A DNA stretch of 64,000 nt from Blastocladiella emersonii ATCC 22665 (GCA_025594325.1 JANHCV010000001.1:2418001-2482000); one strand, 5' to 3'; positions 43,765-55,520 are shown, counted from the stretch's first letter. Made by a program: numbers and translations. Notes: generated by a model not told the origin, from the sequence alone.

Positions 43765-44968
43765 CTAAGCCGACACCCCGCCCGCGAGAATCCGCTCCGC
43801 GAGCCTGACCGAGGTCGCGTCGATCCCGGCGTACGCGCTCGCGACGCTCTGCGCGACGCGGTGCACGTCGTCGCGGCGGGTCGCGGGGACTGCAGGGACC
43901 AGGGCCTCGAGGACGCGCAGGAACGCGTTGCGTGTCGCGGGCGGCGCGGCCGCGTCCGCGTTGCGCAGCTGCCGCAGGACCACCTCGACGAGCACCGCCA
44001 GGTCGTTGGTGAAGAAGAGCTGCGGGTGTAGCGCGACTAGGATGTACGTCGGTTTGAGGACCAGCAGCTGGGTTGCCGGGTCGTCTACGCAGGTCGCCGT
44101 TGTCAGATAGAGTGACGCGCCGAGTGAGGAGAACTAGCGTACCGCTCCGGTTGAGTACGTAGATGAGGTTCTCGACAAACGTGTGCGCGCCGGACGCCTG
44201 CGCGGCGAGCGCGCGCACCAGCGGCGTGTCGCACCCGCCGGCCGCTGCGAGCGCCTGCTCGTTGACGGCGAGCAGCAGCTGCGTCACGGCGTCGTTGAGC
44301 GGCTCGAGGTACTGCGCCCGGCTCGTCGTCTCGAGCGACTGCAGCAGCACGCGCACCGTCGCGTCGTCAACTACACTACATCGTCAGCGGGTCGCCGTGC
44401 CTTCGTGCACGCGCGAAGAAGACGTACCCTGCGCTTCAGGCACCTCCGCCAGCCGCGCGCTCCGCGCGATTGCGAACGCGAGCAGGACCGCCGGCACATC
44501 GAGCTCCGCGACGTCCGCGTCGAGTGCCGCCGTCCACCGCGGCGCGCGCAGCGCGATGTCCTGCATGATCCGCGGGAACAGCGGCGCGAACAAGCTCGCC
44601 GGCACCTCGCGCTCGGGCCCACTCATCTCATCGATCCGCGACAGGTCGCTGAGCGACAGCACGGCGTGGGCGCGGCGCAGGTCCGTCAGCGACGACGCGA
44701 GCAGGTAGAAGTGCGCGGCGATCGGAACACCTGGCGCGGCGTGTGAGGCGGCGCGGATGAGCGCTGCGGGGACGGTGGGGAGGGTGGCGGCGGGAATGTG
44801 TGAGGCGAGCTCGAGCGCCTCGTTCCACAGGCCGTCGAGCGGGACCGCGTCGTCGTCGTCGTCGTACGCGAGGGTTGAGGACACGACGCTCGCGCCGGAC
44901 TGGATCAGGCCCGTGACGAGCGACTCGAGCTCGGCGACGGTTGCATCTGACATGGTGGCGTCGTTCAT
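43765..44968 (-). CDS. SPIN90/Ldb17 leucine-rich domain (DUF2013) protein
   Basis: The three-exon reconstruction gives FVENLIYVLNRS.DDPATQLLVLK...LFFTNDLAVLVEVVLRQL. Confidence 0.75.
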
Positions 44969-45107
44969 TTCTTGTGTGGGGGTCGCAGAGAGGGAGAGCC
45001 GTCTGCGATCGGGGCCCGCTTGCAGGACCTCTCCGCCCTCTCCCACTTGCTGCCTCCGCAAGAGAACTCTATGTAGTTCAGAAAAGTCGCGGACGAGGCC
45101 ATGTATA

Positions 45108-46323
45108 TCAGGGGAAGGTGAGCATGATCTTTTTGCCAAGGAACCCGGACCCCGCGCTCGCGACGGCCTTGACGACGGCCTCCTCGTCGGCGGCGCTCGT
45201 GTCCTCGGGCAGCGACACCTCGGCAAACTCGGGCGTCACGATCTTGCCGTCCTCCATATCCTTGATCAGGTCGTCGAGCATCGCGCGGCGCGCAGCGGGC
45301 GGCGCGACCTTCTTCCACTTGGACATCCAGAACCCGCGCAGGCGCAGGTCGTTGAAGATGAACGAGGCCGTGGGCACCGTGATGGGCTCGCGCGACATGG
45401 CGCCGTAGCTGACCATGGTGCCGCCCGCCGACAGCGCGCGCGTCAGCTCGGTCGCCGACTTGCCGCCGACCGCATTCAGCGCCAGCTTCACCGTCCACTC
45501 GCCCCGGTGCGAGTGCAGCAGCGCGCGCAGTTCGCCCGTCCCGTCGCGCACCACGTGGTCGGCGCCGAGCGCCGTCAGCTTGGCCGCGAGCGCGTCGAAC
45601 TCGGGCCGGTCCCGCACCAGGTTCACGGTGCGCACCCCGCGCAGCTTCGCCAGCTGGATCACGTACTGCCCGACGGCCGAGTTGGCGGCGTTCTGCACCA
45701 CCACGTCGCCCGGCTGCAGCTCCCCAAAGTCGCGCAGCATCCGGTACGCCGTCGACGGGTTGACGCTGAGCGTCGCGGCGGCGGCCGCCGACAGTTTCCC
45801 GCGCCGCGCCGCGGGGACTACGCGGATCAGGTCCGCCGGCGCCACGACCGCGTCGCGCCGCCACGTCCCAAAGTTGCCGCCCGCTGGGATCACCCAGTCG
45901 CCGGGCGCGAGGTACGGCGAGGCGTCAATGGGTGAGGCGAGGTCCGCGTGCGTCTCGCGTGCCGCCGCGTCGCCTACCGACACGACCTCGGCCACGCCCT
46001 CGAACCCGGGCAGCAGCGCGCGCTCGCCCGAGCCCGCGAGCGTCGACGGTGCCAGGTCGACGGGGTACCGGCCCTGGATCGCGTTGATGTCGGACGGATT
46101 CACGGGCGCCGCGAGAAGCCGGACGTGCACCTTGGACGGGCCAAAGGCGGGCAGCGCGACTTTGCCGATCCTACACCGCTGTGGCGGTCAGGACGTTGTT
46201 GGGGAGGCGCAAGGGCGGTCCGACGCACTTGAGGACCGCGTCGGCGTTGCCGTAGCCCGTGGCGAACACGGCGGTGGTGGCGGTTGGGACCTTGGCGAGG
46301 GCCGTGCGTAGAGTTGATGCCAT
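45108..46323 (-). CDS. MECR: Trans-2-enoyl thioester reductase (MECR/Etr1-like), paralog 1, with one intron
   Basis: Motifs are APVNPSDINAIQGRYP, GFEGVAEV, VNPSTAYRML, QNAANSAVGQ and LRGFWM. Intron is 46228-46171. Confidence 0.88.
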
Positions 46324-46543
46324 GGTGTTGCGTTACGCTTCGTTACGTTGCTTGGTGGAGGGGTTGTTGGGGGAGAAGAAGCGGGCGGGCTCTCGACAGG
46401 GCGATGTTGATCAGCGAGCAAACGCGAATGACCGTCGCGCTCCTTCCAGCGCTCGCCCCCTCTTTCTCTCTCCCACGCCTGAGGCCGCACATGTAACAGA
46501 AGACTATGAAACAGATTTATGAACATGAACAGACTAGCAGCAC

Positions 46544-47746
46544 TCACGGGAACGTGAGGAGGACCTTTTTGCCGAGGAAGCTGCCGCCGGACGCGGAGAT
46601 GGCCTCGACGACCTCAGCGTCGGCCTCTGCGTCGGGCGCGTCGTGGAGGGGCACCTCGACGGCGTCGGCGGCCTGCAGCGTGCCCTCCTCGAACCAGCGC
46701 ACGAGGTCGTCGAGCATGGCGCGCGACGCCTCGGGCGACGCCGTCTTCTGCCACTTGGACATCCAGAACCCGCGCAGCGTCACGTCCTTGAAGATGAAGG
46801 CGGTCGCGGGCACCGTGATGGGCGCGGGGGTCATGGCGCCGTAGCTGACGAGCGTGCCACCGTTGGACAGCGCGCCGATGAGTGCACCCGCCGACGCGCC
46901 GCCCACCGTGTTGAGCGCGAGCTTGATGTTCCACTCCGGGTGCGCGGCGACCAGGTCCTTGAGCTCGTCGGTGCCGTCGCGCACCACGTAGTCGGCACCG
47001 AGCGCCGTGAGCTTGGCGGCCAGCGCGTCGAACTCGGGCCGGTCGCGGATCACGTTGATGGTGCGGAACCCGCGCAGCTTGGCGATCTGGATCGCGTACT
47101 GCCCGACGGCCGAGTTGGCGCCGTTCTGCACCAAAAAGTCGCCGGGCTGCAGCCCGTTGTCGCTGACCATGCGGTACGCCGTCGGCGGGTTGACGTTGAG
47201 CGTCGCGGCCGCCGCCACCGACAGCTGGCGGTCGGCCTTGGCGCGGTCGCTGCGGTGCGCCGCGGGCACCACGCGGATCAGGTCCTTGGGCTCGACGACC
47301 GCCTCGCGCCGCCACGTCCCGAACCCGCCGCGCGGGATCACCCAGTCGCCGGGAGCGAGGTACGGCGACGCGTCGGAGGGCGACGCGAGGTGCGGGTGCG
47401 TCACCTTGCCGGCGGCCGCGCCCACGGCCACGACCTCGGCCACGCCCTCGAAGCCCGGGATCAGCGCCAGGTCCGCCTCGGTGCCGGCCACGGTCGTGCG
47501 GTGCATGGGGGAGGGGTACGTCCCGACCACGGCCAGCGTGTCCGAGGGGTTGACCGACGCGCCCACGAGACGGATCAGGACCTTGTCCTCGGTGAAGGCG
47601 GGCAGGTCCACGTCGCCGACCTGCAGGACCTCGGCGCACGGCCCGTTCTTGGGCGCGTACACGGCGCGCGTCGTCTTGGGGACGGCGACCAGGGCCGCGG
47701 CCACGACGGCGGGCGCCGCGGCGGTCGAGTCGGTGTGGTGGGTCAT
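46544..47746 (-). CDS. Trans-2-enoyl thioester reductase (MECR/Etr1-like), paralog 2, intronless
   Basis: Motifs are ASVNPSDTLAVVGTYP, GFEGVAEV, VNPPTAYRMV, QNGANSAVGQ and LRGFWM. It is collinear with paralog 1. Confidence 0.88.
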   Translation of the reverse strand: MTHHTDSTAAAPAVVAAALVAVPKTTRAVYAPKNGPCAEVLQVGDVDLPAFTEDKVLIRLVGASVNPSDTLAVVGTYPSPMHRTTVAGTEADLALIPGFEGVAEVVAVGAAAGKVTHPHLASPSDASPYLAPGDWVIPRGGFGTWRREAVVEPKDLIRVVPAAHRSDRAKADRQLSVAAAATLNVNPPTAYRMVSDNGLQPGDFLVQNGANSAVGQYAIQIAKLRGFRTINVIRDRPEFDALAAKLTALGADYVVRDGTDELKDLVAAHPEWNIKLALNTVGGASAGALIGALSNGGTLVSYGAMTPAPITVPATAFIFKDVTLRGFWMSKWQKTASPEASRAMLDDLVRWFEEGTLQAADAVEVPLHDAPDAEADAEVVEAISASGGSFLGKKVLLTFP

Positions 47747-47933
47747 CTTGAAGAGGGGAGCTCGGAGTACGTGAGGGTGCAGTGAAGGGCACGAGTTGAA
47801 GTACATGGGGTGGTCGGCAGCAGTGGGGTCGGTGGCCGCGGCCGCGCTTTATACTCTTCCCGCGCCGACCTCGGCTCTCAACCTCTCCGCGACTCGGCAC
47901 TCGCTGCAACGTAATTCATTACTCAACACCCTC

Positions 47934-49841
47934 ATGGAACCCCGGTTTTTCCGGCCCGCTGCATCCGGCCCGCGGCTCGATGATGACCTGGCGAAAGCGC
48001 TCGGCGGCGCGCGGCCGGCCGGCGCCGGGGCCGAGGATTACCTCAGCTTCACCCTGGCGTGCCCCGCCCGCTGCGCCAAGCGCCTCGCCACCGCCGTCCC
48101 CGCCGCCCTCGCGGAACTCGCGGCTGGCCATGTCTGGGCCCGCGACGCGCTGACAATCCGCGCTGACCAAGTGCCTGCCGCGACTCCCGGGGACGACGAC
48201 GTCACCGCCGTCGTGGTGCTCGTGTCCGGCACCCTGCGCGTCGGCGAGTGCATCGACGACGAGTGGTTCGCCGTTTGGGCCCTGCGCGCGCTGACGGCGC
48301 GGTTCGCGCCCGACCTCGCGGCGCGCGTCGAGGACGCCGACGGTGACCCCGTCCTCATCGAGGCCGCCGACCATCTCCCGCGGTGGGTCCGACCCGAGAC
48401 CGCCGAGTTTCGCGCGTGGTGGGTCGCCGGACAGTTGCGCCTGGTCCCGCTGGGTGTGGAAGTCGCGTCGCTGATTGACGGCGCGCGGGCCGCGCTCGAC
48501 CTCGTTGCGCGGGACGGTGAGGGGGCGGCGGTCGCCCCGCCCGCGGTTGTCACGCATATCGACGCGGTCCTCGCCGTACACGCACACTCGCACCTGCTCG
48601 ACCGCTTGCAGACCTCGCCCCCGCTGCCGGACCTCCCCGAACTCGCGTCCCTCCCCACCCCCCTGACCCGCCCGCTTCCGAGCACGCGCGTACACTTGAC
48701 CGCGGCCTACCTCCCACCGCGCGCCGCTCTGCTGCTCTCGCAATCCCCGCCCCTCGCCGCCGCCGCCGTCGCCGCCGTGTACGCGCGCGACCCCGTCGCG
48801 ATGCGCGCCGCGCGCAGCATGGCGACGCTCGACCCGGACTGGGACACGGCGGGGCGGTGGACCCGCGCGGTCCTCCCGCTCACGCGGTTCCTGTACGCGC
48901 AGCTGAGCGCGACGCGCGTCGCGCCGGTCCCGCCCGCGATCACGAGACGGTTTCCCGCTCACGTCGCTGCTGCGTCCCCCGAAAGTGCGGGTACGGGGGA
49001 GGAGCGCGAGTACCACGCGGGCGCGAAGCTCGCGCTCGGCCTCGAGATGCTCGCACGCGACGCGGCGCTCGCGGCCGCGGTGCTCGGCGAGACACGTGCG
49101 GCGGAGGTGCCCGCGCTTGTCGCGGCGGCGATCGCTGCGTATGACCCCGCCGTGGCGGTGCCGAGCGACGCGCGGCAGGCCGACGACGACGCGTGGATGA
49201 CGCTCGACGAGGCGGATCTCGCGCGGTGGGGCGTCAAGTCGACGGAGGCCAAGGGCGGCGACGGCAAGGAGGTGGATCTCGCGGAGATCACGCGCTCGCT
49301 CAACGCGTTCGCCGCGGGCGAGAGCGGGGTCGACGGGATCGCGGTCGGCGAGGAGGAGGATGAGGACGAGGAGCCGCCGGCCAAGCAGGCGGTCCCCGCG
49401 CCGTTCGCCAAGGGCTCGCGGTTCGCCGTCCCTGACGACTCGAGCTCCGACGAAGACGACGACTCGGACGCGAGCAGCGACGACGACGAGCAGCCCTCGC
49501 TGTTCAGCGTGGCCAAGTTCAACGCGCTATTCGAGCCCAAGCAGCAACGCCCCGCCGCCGCCGTCGAGTCAAACTCGGACGAGGAGGAAGAGGAGGACCC
49601 GCTGGCGGCCGCGTTTGAGGAGATGCTCAAGCAGGGCGACGCGTCGGGCGAGGGCACCGAGGTGGGCGACGAGGTCGAGTCGCTCAAGCACCTGCTCAGC
49701 AGCCTGCAGTCGCAGGACGGCGCGGCGGGGCCCGGGTCGAGTCTGCTCGCGCACCTCGGGGTGCCGTGGATCCCGGGCAACTCGGATGGGCCGGCGGCGG
49801 CGGCGGCGGCGTTCGGTGGGCCGGATTCAGACGATGAGTGA
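47934..49841 (+). CDS. Ecdysoneless / SGT1-domain (ECD-like) protein
   Basis: Motifs are GECIDDEWFAVWAL, DADGDPVLIEAADHLPRW, KLALGLEML and DDDAWM, an acidic C-terminus, and LLSSLQSQDGAAGPGSSLL. Confidence 0.8.
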   Translation: MEPRFFRPAASGPRLDDDLAKALGGARPAGAGAEDYLSFTLACPARCAKRLATAVPAALAELAAGHVWARDALTIRADQVPAATPGDDDVTAVVVLVSGTLRVGECIDDEWFAVWALRALTARFAPDLAARVEDADGDPVLIEAADHLPRWVRPETAEFRAWWVAGQLRLVPLGVEVASLIDGARAALDLVARDGEGAAVAPPAVVTHIDAVLAVHAHSHLLDRLQTSPPLPDLPELASLPTPLTRPLPSTRVHLTAAYLPPRAALLLSQSPPLAAAAVAAVYARDPVAMRAARSMATLDPDWDTAGRWTRAVLPLTRFLYAQLSATRVAPVPPAITRRFPAHVAAASPESAGTGEEREYHAGAKLALGLEMLARDAALAAAVLGETRAAEVPALVAAAIAAYDPAVAVPSDARQADDDAWMTLDEADLARWGVKSTEAKGGDGKEVDLAEITRSLNAFAAGESGVDGIAVGEEEDEDEEPPAKQAVPAPFAKGSRFAVPDDSSSDEDDDSDASSDDDEQPSLFSVAKFNALFEPKQQRPAAAVESNSDEEEEEDPLAAAFEEMLKQGDASGEGTEVGDEVESLKHLLSSLQSQDGAAGPGSSLLAHLGVPWIPGNSDGPAAAAAAFGGPDSDDE

Positions 49842-49900
49842 GCGAGTAATAGATACTAGTGTAATTCGAATGCATGGTACAGGTCCTCGACAAAGAGAGT

Positions 49901-50956
49901 TTACTTGAAGACGGCGGCGAGCGGGTCCGATGGCAACTGGACCGTCTTGGCCTTCTCGACCTTGGTCACCTTCTTGGCTTCCTTTGACGCGTACTTGTCC
50001 TGGGCCTCGGCGCGCTGGGCGCGGCGTACGGCGGCGGGGGTCAGGTAGTCCGAGTTTTCCCACAGGCCGAGGCCGCCAAACGAGCCCTGGAACAGCTTGA
50101 TCGGGTTGAGGACGAAGCGCGGGCCGACCTCGTTGAGGGCCACGTCGGTGGCGTTCGAGTTGGGCTTGAACAGGGTGCCGGCGGGGGACGACTCGGTGAG
50201 CTGGAAGTTGCGGACCCACACCTTGCCGTCGGCCCACGCGAACATGAGGACGTGGTCGAAGAAGGGCTTAGACCGGCGGTTGGCGCGCGGCACGTTGAAG
50301 GTCTGCTTGAGCAGCTCCTTGATGACCAGGGTGTGGGGCGCGGCGTCGAAGCTGGCGTCAAACGACAGGATCGGGCGCGAGCCCTTGAGGTGGTTGCCCG
50401 TCATGTTGAGCTCGTCCATGGTGTGCACGTTGAGGACCTCGAACTTGACCGAGGGCCCGTTGGGCGCGTGCGACAGCCACATGTACAGGTCGGTGCCGCG
50501 GCGCGACTCGAGGTACATGACCTTGTTGCAGTTGGTCAGCTCGGCCACCTCGTTGAGCGTCGACAGGTTCTTCTTCTGGTCCAGCTTGTTCTCCTTCTTG
50601 GAGTGCGGCAGCAGCGCGATCAGGTCCGTCATCAGGTGGCGCTGGCGCTGGTTGGTCCCGCGCGACGAGCACACGAGCACGCGCTGCTTGACGCGCTGCG
50701 TGATGGTGCGCGCGTCCTCCTCCTCCTCCTCGTCGTCGTCGCCGGACGCCTCGGCGTCCTCCTCCTCGCCATCAACCTCCATGTCCTCCTCGTCCTCGTC
50801 GCCCTCCTCGGCATCGCTGGCGTCCTCGTTCTCGGCCATCTCGGCGGCAATGGCGCGCATCAGGAGCGCCTTCTTGCCGCCGGCGTTGGTGAAGCCGTCC
50901 ATCTCGTCGTCCGAGGCCACGTCGGAGGCAGAGTCGTAGAGGTCCTTCTCGGTCAT
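49901..50956 (-). CDS. BRX1: Ribosome biogenesis protein Brx1 (Brix domain)
   Basis: Motifs are SSRGTNQRQRHLMTDLIALLPHSKKE, GPSVKF...HTMDEL.MTGNHLKGSRPILSFD and EVGPRFVLNPIKLFQGSFGG. Confidence 0.93.
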   Translation of the reverse strand: MTEKDLYDSASDVASDDEMDGFTNAGGKKALLMRAIAAEMAENEDASDAEEGDEDEEDMEVDGEEEDAEASGDDDEEEEEDARTITQRVKQRVLVCSSRGTNQRQRHLMTDLIALLPHSKKENKLDQKKNLSTLNEVAELTNCNKVMYLESRRGTDLYMWLSHAPNGPSVKFEVLNVHTMDELNMTGNHLKGSRPILSFDASFDAAPHTLVIKELLKQTFNVPRANRRSKPFFDHVLMFAWADGKVWVRNFQLTESSPAGTLFKPNSNATDVALNEVGPRFVLNPIKLFQGSFGGLGLWENSDYLTPAAVRRAQRAEAQDKYASKEAKKVTKVEKAKTVQLPSDPLAAVFK

Positions 50957-51371
50957 GGCGTGGTGTGTTGATGCGTAGCGTTACGTCGTCGTGGTGTGTT
51001 TGCGCGTAACAGGATCACCCTCGGGTCGCTGATTCCTCGGCCACGGGACGCGCGCGAGCAGCACGCGCCACGAAGGGGAGAGCGTCTCTGCTCGCGTGGG
51101 GTCGGGTGACCCGTTGCCACCCCGAAACCGCGCGCAGCGCCCGGTCAGCCCGGCGCACGTGGCTGGGTAAACTGAGGCTGCAGCGGCGCGAGACGTTTTT
51201 CGTCCCTTCTCTCCCGCTTTCCGCATCACTGTATCCCACGTCGCGTCACCCTTACACGGATCCGCACCCCCGAGATCTGCGCGCGCAGCTTCAAGAACCA
51301 GGAAACCCGCGCTGCTGCTTGGCCACCTGCTACTGCGCCCGCTGCTGGCCTCACGAAAACCCACGACGAGG

Positions 51372-54034
51372 ATGACGGAGGCCACGCAGTCCGTGTCGGC
51401 GCTGCTCTCGAGCAAGCGCCAGGCGAGCTGCCCGTTCGCCGAGCCGCTCGTGTTCAAGGAGTCCAAGCCGATTGGCACCAAGCCGACGGCGTCCGCCGCT
51501 GCGGGCAAGACCGCCGGCGCGGCCACGGCCAAGGAGGGCAGCGCGTCGGGCAAGCCCGAGAACGCCGACGACGGGCAGCCGATCCCGGCGCGCGTGCTGT
51601 TCCCCAAGGCCGACCTGCAGCTGCAGCACGCGGTCGCGGCGCGCGCCGGGTCGGGCCTGCAGAACCTCGGCAACTCGTGCTACTGCAACTCGACGCTGCA
51701 GGCGCTGCTGTCGCTGCCGCCGCTCGTCAACCTGTTCCGGTCCAAGGCGCACTCGGCGTCATGTACGTTGCGCTTTCGGGGATTCGGTGGTGGTGGAACG
51801 GCGGACTGATCCCTGAGCTCGCCTCTTGCGAACTGCATCGCGCGCTTGTGCCCACCCTGCAGGCCAAGTCCGCGATTGCTACTTTTGCATCCTCCAGGAG
51901 GTGCACAAGGCCATGAACGCGGGCGCCCGCTCGATCCTGCCCAAGCAGATCCTCAAGCGCATGCCGAGTACGTTTCCGGCGGACCTCGACGCGGCGCGGG
52001 ACACTCGCTAACGCGCGCCCCTCCTCATCCTGAACAGAGATCGGCCGCGAGTTCTCGCCGTACCACCAGGCCGACGCGCACGAGTTCCTGTGCAAGCTGC
52101 TCGAGAAGGTGGAGACGAGCCTGCAGGCGCCGTTCAAGGCGCAGCAGCTCGACTACGCGTCGCGCCACACCACGGCGCTGCACCAGATCCTCGGCGGGTG
52201 GACGCAGTCCGAGGTCAAGTGCGCGCGGTGCCCGTACTCGAGCAAGACGTTCATGCTCGAGCTGTCGGCGGCGCTCGAGATACCCGCGGGCGTCGACTCG
52301 CTCGCCAAGGCGCTGCGCAAGTACACGACGCCCGAGGTGCTGTGCACGGGCAACGAGTGGAAGTGCGACGGGTGCGGCAAGATGGTCAACGCGTCCAAGC
52401 GCATGACCTTCCACCAGGCGCCCGTCGCCCTGTGCGTCCAGCTCAAGCGCTTCGCCTACTCGCCGCGCGGCGGCCGCGTCAAGATCAACAAGCCCGTCGC
52501 CTTCGACGCCACCCTCGACCTCACCCCGCACATGACCCACGCCAAGCCCGCCGCCGCGACGGGCCGCCGCGTCACCTACAACCTCCAGTCGGTCATTGTC
52601 CACGCCGGCAGCGCCCACGGCGGGCACTACTACGCGTACGTCAAGGCCGCCAACGGCGTCTGGTTCGAGATGAACGACGAGCGCGTCTCCCAGGTCTCGC
52701 TCAACACGGTCCTCGCCGCCAACGCCTACGTCCTCATGTACTCGGTCGACAAGATTGAGATGACCGAGCGCGGGTACCTCCTCGCCGGTGGCTCGGGCAG
52801 TGCGGTCGCTGCCGCTAAGAAGGTGCCCCGCGCCATGCAGCAGCCGACCCCGCCACCCTCGCTCGCGTCGTCGCCCGAGCGCCGCCCGCCCACCCCGGCG
52901 AACGCCGAGGACGACGAGGATGACCTCGAGGCCGAGCCCGTCCCGCTCACCAAAAAGGAGCGAAAGCGCCTGCTCAAGCAACAGAAGCTCAAGTCCGCCG
53001 CCGCTGCGGCTGCTGCCGCCGAGGAGGACGAGGAGGAGAAGCCCACCGAGACCCCCGCACCTGCCGCCCCGCTGTCCAAGGCCGAGCTGCGCAAGCTCAA
53101 GAAGGAGCGCGCTGCCGCTGCCACCCGCGAGTCGGCCGCCGCGCTCGAGGACCTCGAGGACCCGGCTGCGGGCCTGCGCAAGGTCAAGGCCAAGGTCATC
53201 GGCAAGACGGTGGGCGCGACGACCAAGATCGTCAAGTCGTCCAAGCTCAAGCTCGTGTTCCGCACCTCGTCGTCCAGCGAGTCGGCGCCGGCTTCGGCGG
53301 ATGCTGCTGCATCGACTGACGTCGAGATGGTCGACCCCGAGCCGGAGCCGGAGCGGCCCACGCTCGCCCAGCTTATTGCGCCCGGCGCCACGCAGCAGCA
53401 GCTCCGCGACGCGCCGCCCACGCCGCCGTCCGAGACCGAGCAGGAGAAGCCGGCGCCGGCCGTGGCCGCGTACGAGCGGTACCCGGCGCCCGCGACGCAG
53501 GCGGCGCAGATCGAGCACCTCATGTCGTTCGCCGCGGGCAAGCCGCAGCGCAAGACACTGGTCGCCTTCGACGCCAAGGAGGCCGCCACCACCATCGTCC
53601 CCGGCTGGTCGCTCGACACCTCCTCCGTCGCGACCGCCGGCACCGACCGCGCGGCGCTCGAGGCGCGGTACGCCAAGTCGTACCTCGAGGACGTGGCGGC
53701 GCGCGAGCACAAGGCGGCGACCAAGCGCAAGCGGCCGTCCAACTACGACGCCGACTACGACCGCGGCAAGGGCAAGAAGCTCAAGGAGAACGCCAAGGCC
53801 CGCGACGACGCGTTCCGGTCCGCCGGCGGACACCGCGAAAAGTTCCAGGCCGCGTTCCAGCAGATCCGCGACGGCAAGGTGCCCTCCGACTCCGTCGACC
53901 GCGAGCTCCGCACGCAGCAGCACCAGCGCGGCGGGCGCGGCGGGTTCGGCGGCGGTGGCCGTGGCGGGCGTGGTGGACGTGGAGGAGGCCGTGGTGGCGG
54001 TCGTGGTGGTCGTGGCGGGAAGCCAAGGTGGTGA
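51372..54034 (+). CDS. Ubiquitin-specific protease (USP36/USP42-like) with a C-terminal RGG tail
   Basis: It has Cys box GLQNLGNSCYCNSTLQAL, QADAHEFL, QLKRF and His box HAGSAHGGHYYAYVK...MNDERV. Introns are at about 51763-51861 and about 51968-52038. The C-terminus is KK/KR-rich and ends in RGG repeats. Confidence 0.85.
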
Positions 54035-54230
54035 GCAGCGCCGCGGCGGCGAATGCGGTAGAGTTGTGTGCTCGCTCAGCTCAAACTATAGTAGTTCAAT
54101 ACAGTTATTTATCTCGTTGCCAAGATGCGCAAGCAGAAGGGAAATGTGTTAACAGAGGGGAATGAAGGTCACTGTGAGTATCAACAAGTCGGCTGAGCGA
54201 ATCCAAAGCAGTTTCGCGCGACGCAACGGC

Positions 54231-55520
54231 TCACGCCCTCGCGGCGACACACGGCGGGTCCTCGGGACAATCCTTGGCAACGTGGCCCTTGCCGCGGCAC
54301 GAGTAGCACCGGCGCGACCGCTTGCCGTCGCCGTTGGCCGAGTACGCGTCGCTGTCGTTGTCGCCCGCGGCCGCGGGACTCGCGTGGCGGTGGCGATGGC
54401 TGTGGCCGTGGCCGTGGTGGTGGCGAGACGACCGCTCGTGGCCATGGTCGCGGTGGTCGCGGTGGTCGCGGCCATGGCGGGAACGGTCGCGGTCGCGCGA
54501 CGAGCGGCGGATCGGCACGTAGCGGTCAATCACCTTGCCGCTGGGCCCGGCCGTCGCGAGGCCGCCGGTCGTGCTGCTGCCGCGCGGGCTCTGGATCGAA
54601 GCCGCAGGGGAAGCCGAGCGAGAGCGTGAGCGCGAGCGGGTCCGATGGCGTTTGTCGCGGTAGTAATGGTCCCGGTCGCGGTGATCACGACGGCGCGAAG
54701 AAGAGGATTCGGCATTTTCGTCAATCTCGCCGTCTTCCTCGTCATCGTCGTCGTCCGAGTAAGTTTGGTCGCGGTCGTCGTCGCGCAAGCCCTCGGTCCG
54801 CAGGTCGTAGACAATCCGCTCGAGCTCGGCGTTCTTGGCCTGCACCGCGTTCAAGGCCTGCAGGAGAATCGACTGACCCTCGTGCAGCGGCTGGATGGCC
54901 TGGATGATCATGGCCTGCACGTGCGACGCGTCAATGCACTGGATCGGGGCGGCGGCGGCGGCGGCCAAAGCGGTCGCGGGCATGGCCAAGGGCGCGGCTG
55001 AAGGCGGCGGCGGCGAGACGAGAGCGAGAGCGTGAGGGTGGTGTTGCTGGGCGTGAGCTTGCGGGTGCGCGGCGGCAAAGTAGGTGGTCGGGGTGCCGAC
55101 CGAAGTCGACGGCGCGGAAGAAGTAGGAGGTGGCGCCTGGTACTGCGATTGCTGAGAGAGTTGCTGCTGCTGTTGTTGCTGAGAAAGTTGCTGCTGCTGA
55201 GAGTGCTGCGACTGCTGCGACTGCGACTGCTGCTGCTGAGACTGCTGCTGCTTGTGGAGCGTGGACATGATCCATGCCGTGTACTCGGAAGCGAGCTGGG
55301 CGGGGTTGGCCGACGACGAAGCGGAAGAAGTCGGCGGGGGCGGTGACGCGGGTCCCGCGGCCGCGGTCGCGTTCGGGGCCGAGACAGAAGAAGAAGCAGA
55401 GCGTAGCGGCGGCGCAAAGGGCGAAAGAGCGCTCGTGGTCGGCGCGGCCGAGGCGTTGGGTGCCGGCGCCGACGCCGACCCGACTTGGTGGTGGTGGTGA
55501 TGGTGGACGTGTCCTAACAT
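54231..55520 (-). CDS. His/Gln-rich protein with a coiled coil, an RS/RD-like region and a C-terminal CCHC zinc knuckle
   Basis: It contains RCYSCRGKGHVAKDC (CX2CX4HX4C) and an RSRSRSRSAS tract. The 429-aa ORF is intronless. Confidence 0.7.
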   Translation of the reverse strand: MLGHVHHHHHHQVGSASAPAPNASAAPTTSALSPFAPPLRSASSSVSAPNATAAAGPASPPPPTSSASSSANPAQLASEYTAWIMSTLHKQQQSQQQQSQSQQSQHSQQQQLSQQQQQQQLSQQSQYQAPPPTSSAPSTSVGTPTTYFAAAHPQAHAQQHHPHALALVSPPPPSAAPLAMPATALAAAAAAPIQCIDASHVQAMIIQAIQPLHEGQSILLQALNAVQAKNAELERIVYDLRTEGLRDDDRDQTYSDDDDDEEDGEIDENAESSSSRRRDHRDRDHYYRDKRHRTRSRSRSRSASPAASIQSPRGSSTTGGLATAGPSGKVIDRYVPIRRSSRDRDRSRHGRDHRDHRDHGHERSSRHHHGHGHSHRHRHASPAAAGDNDSDAYSANGDGKRSRRCYSCRGKGHVAKDCPEDPPCVAARA

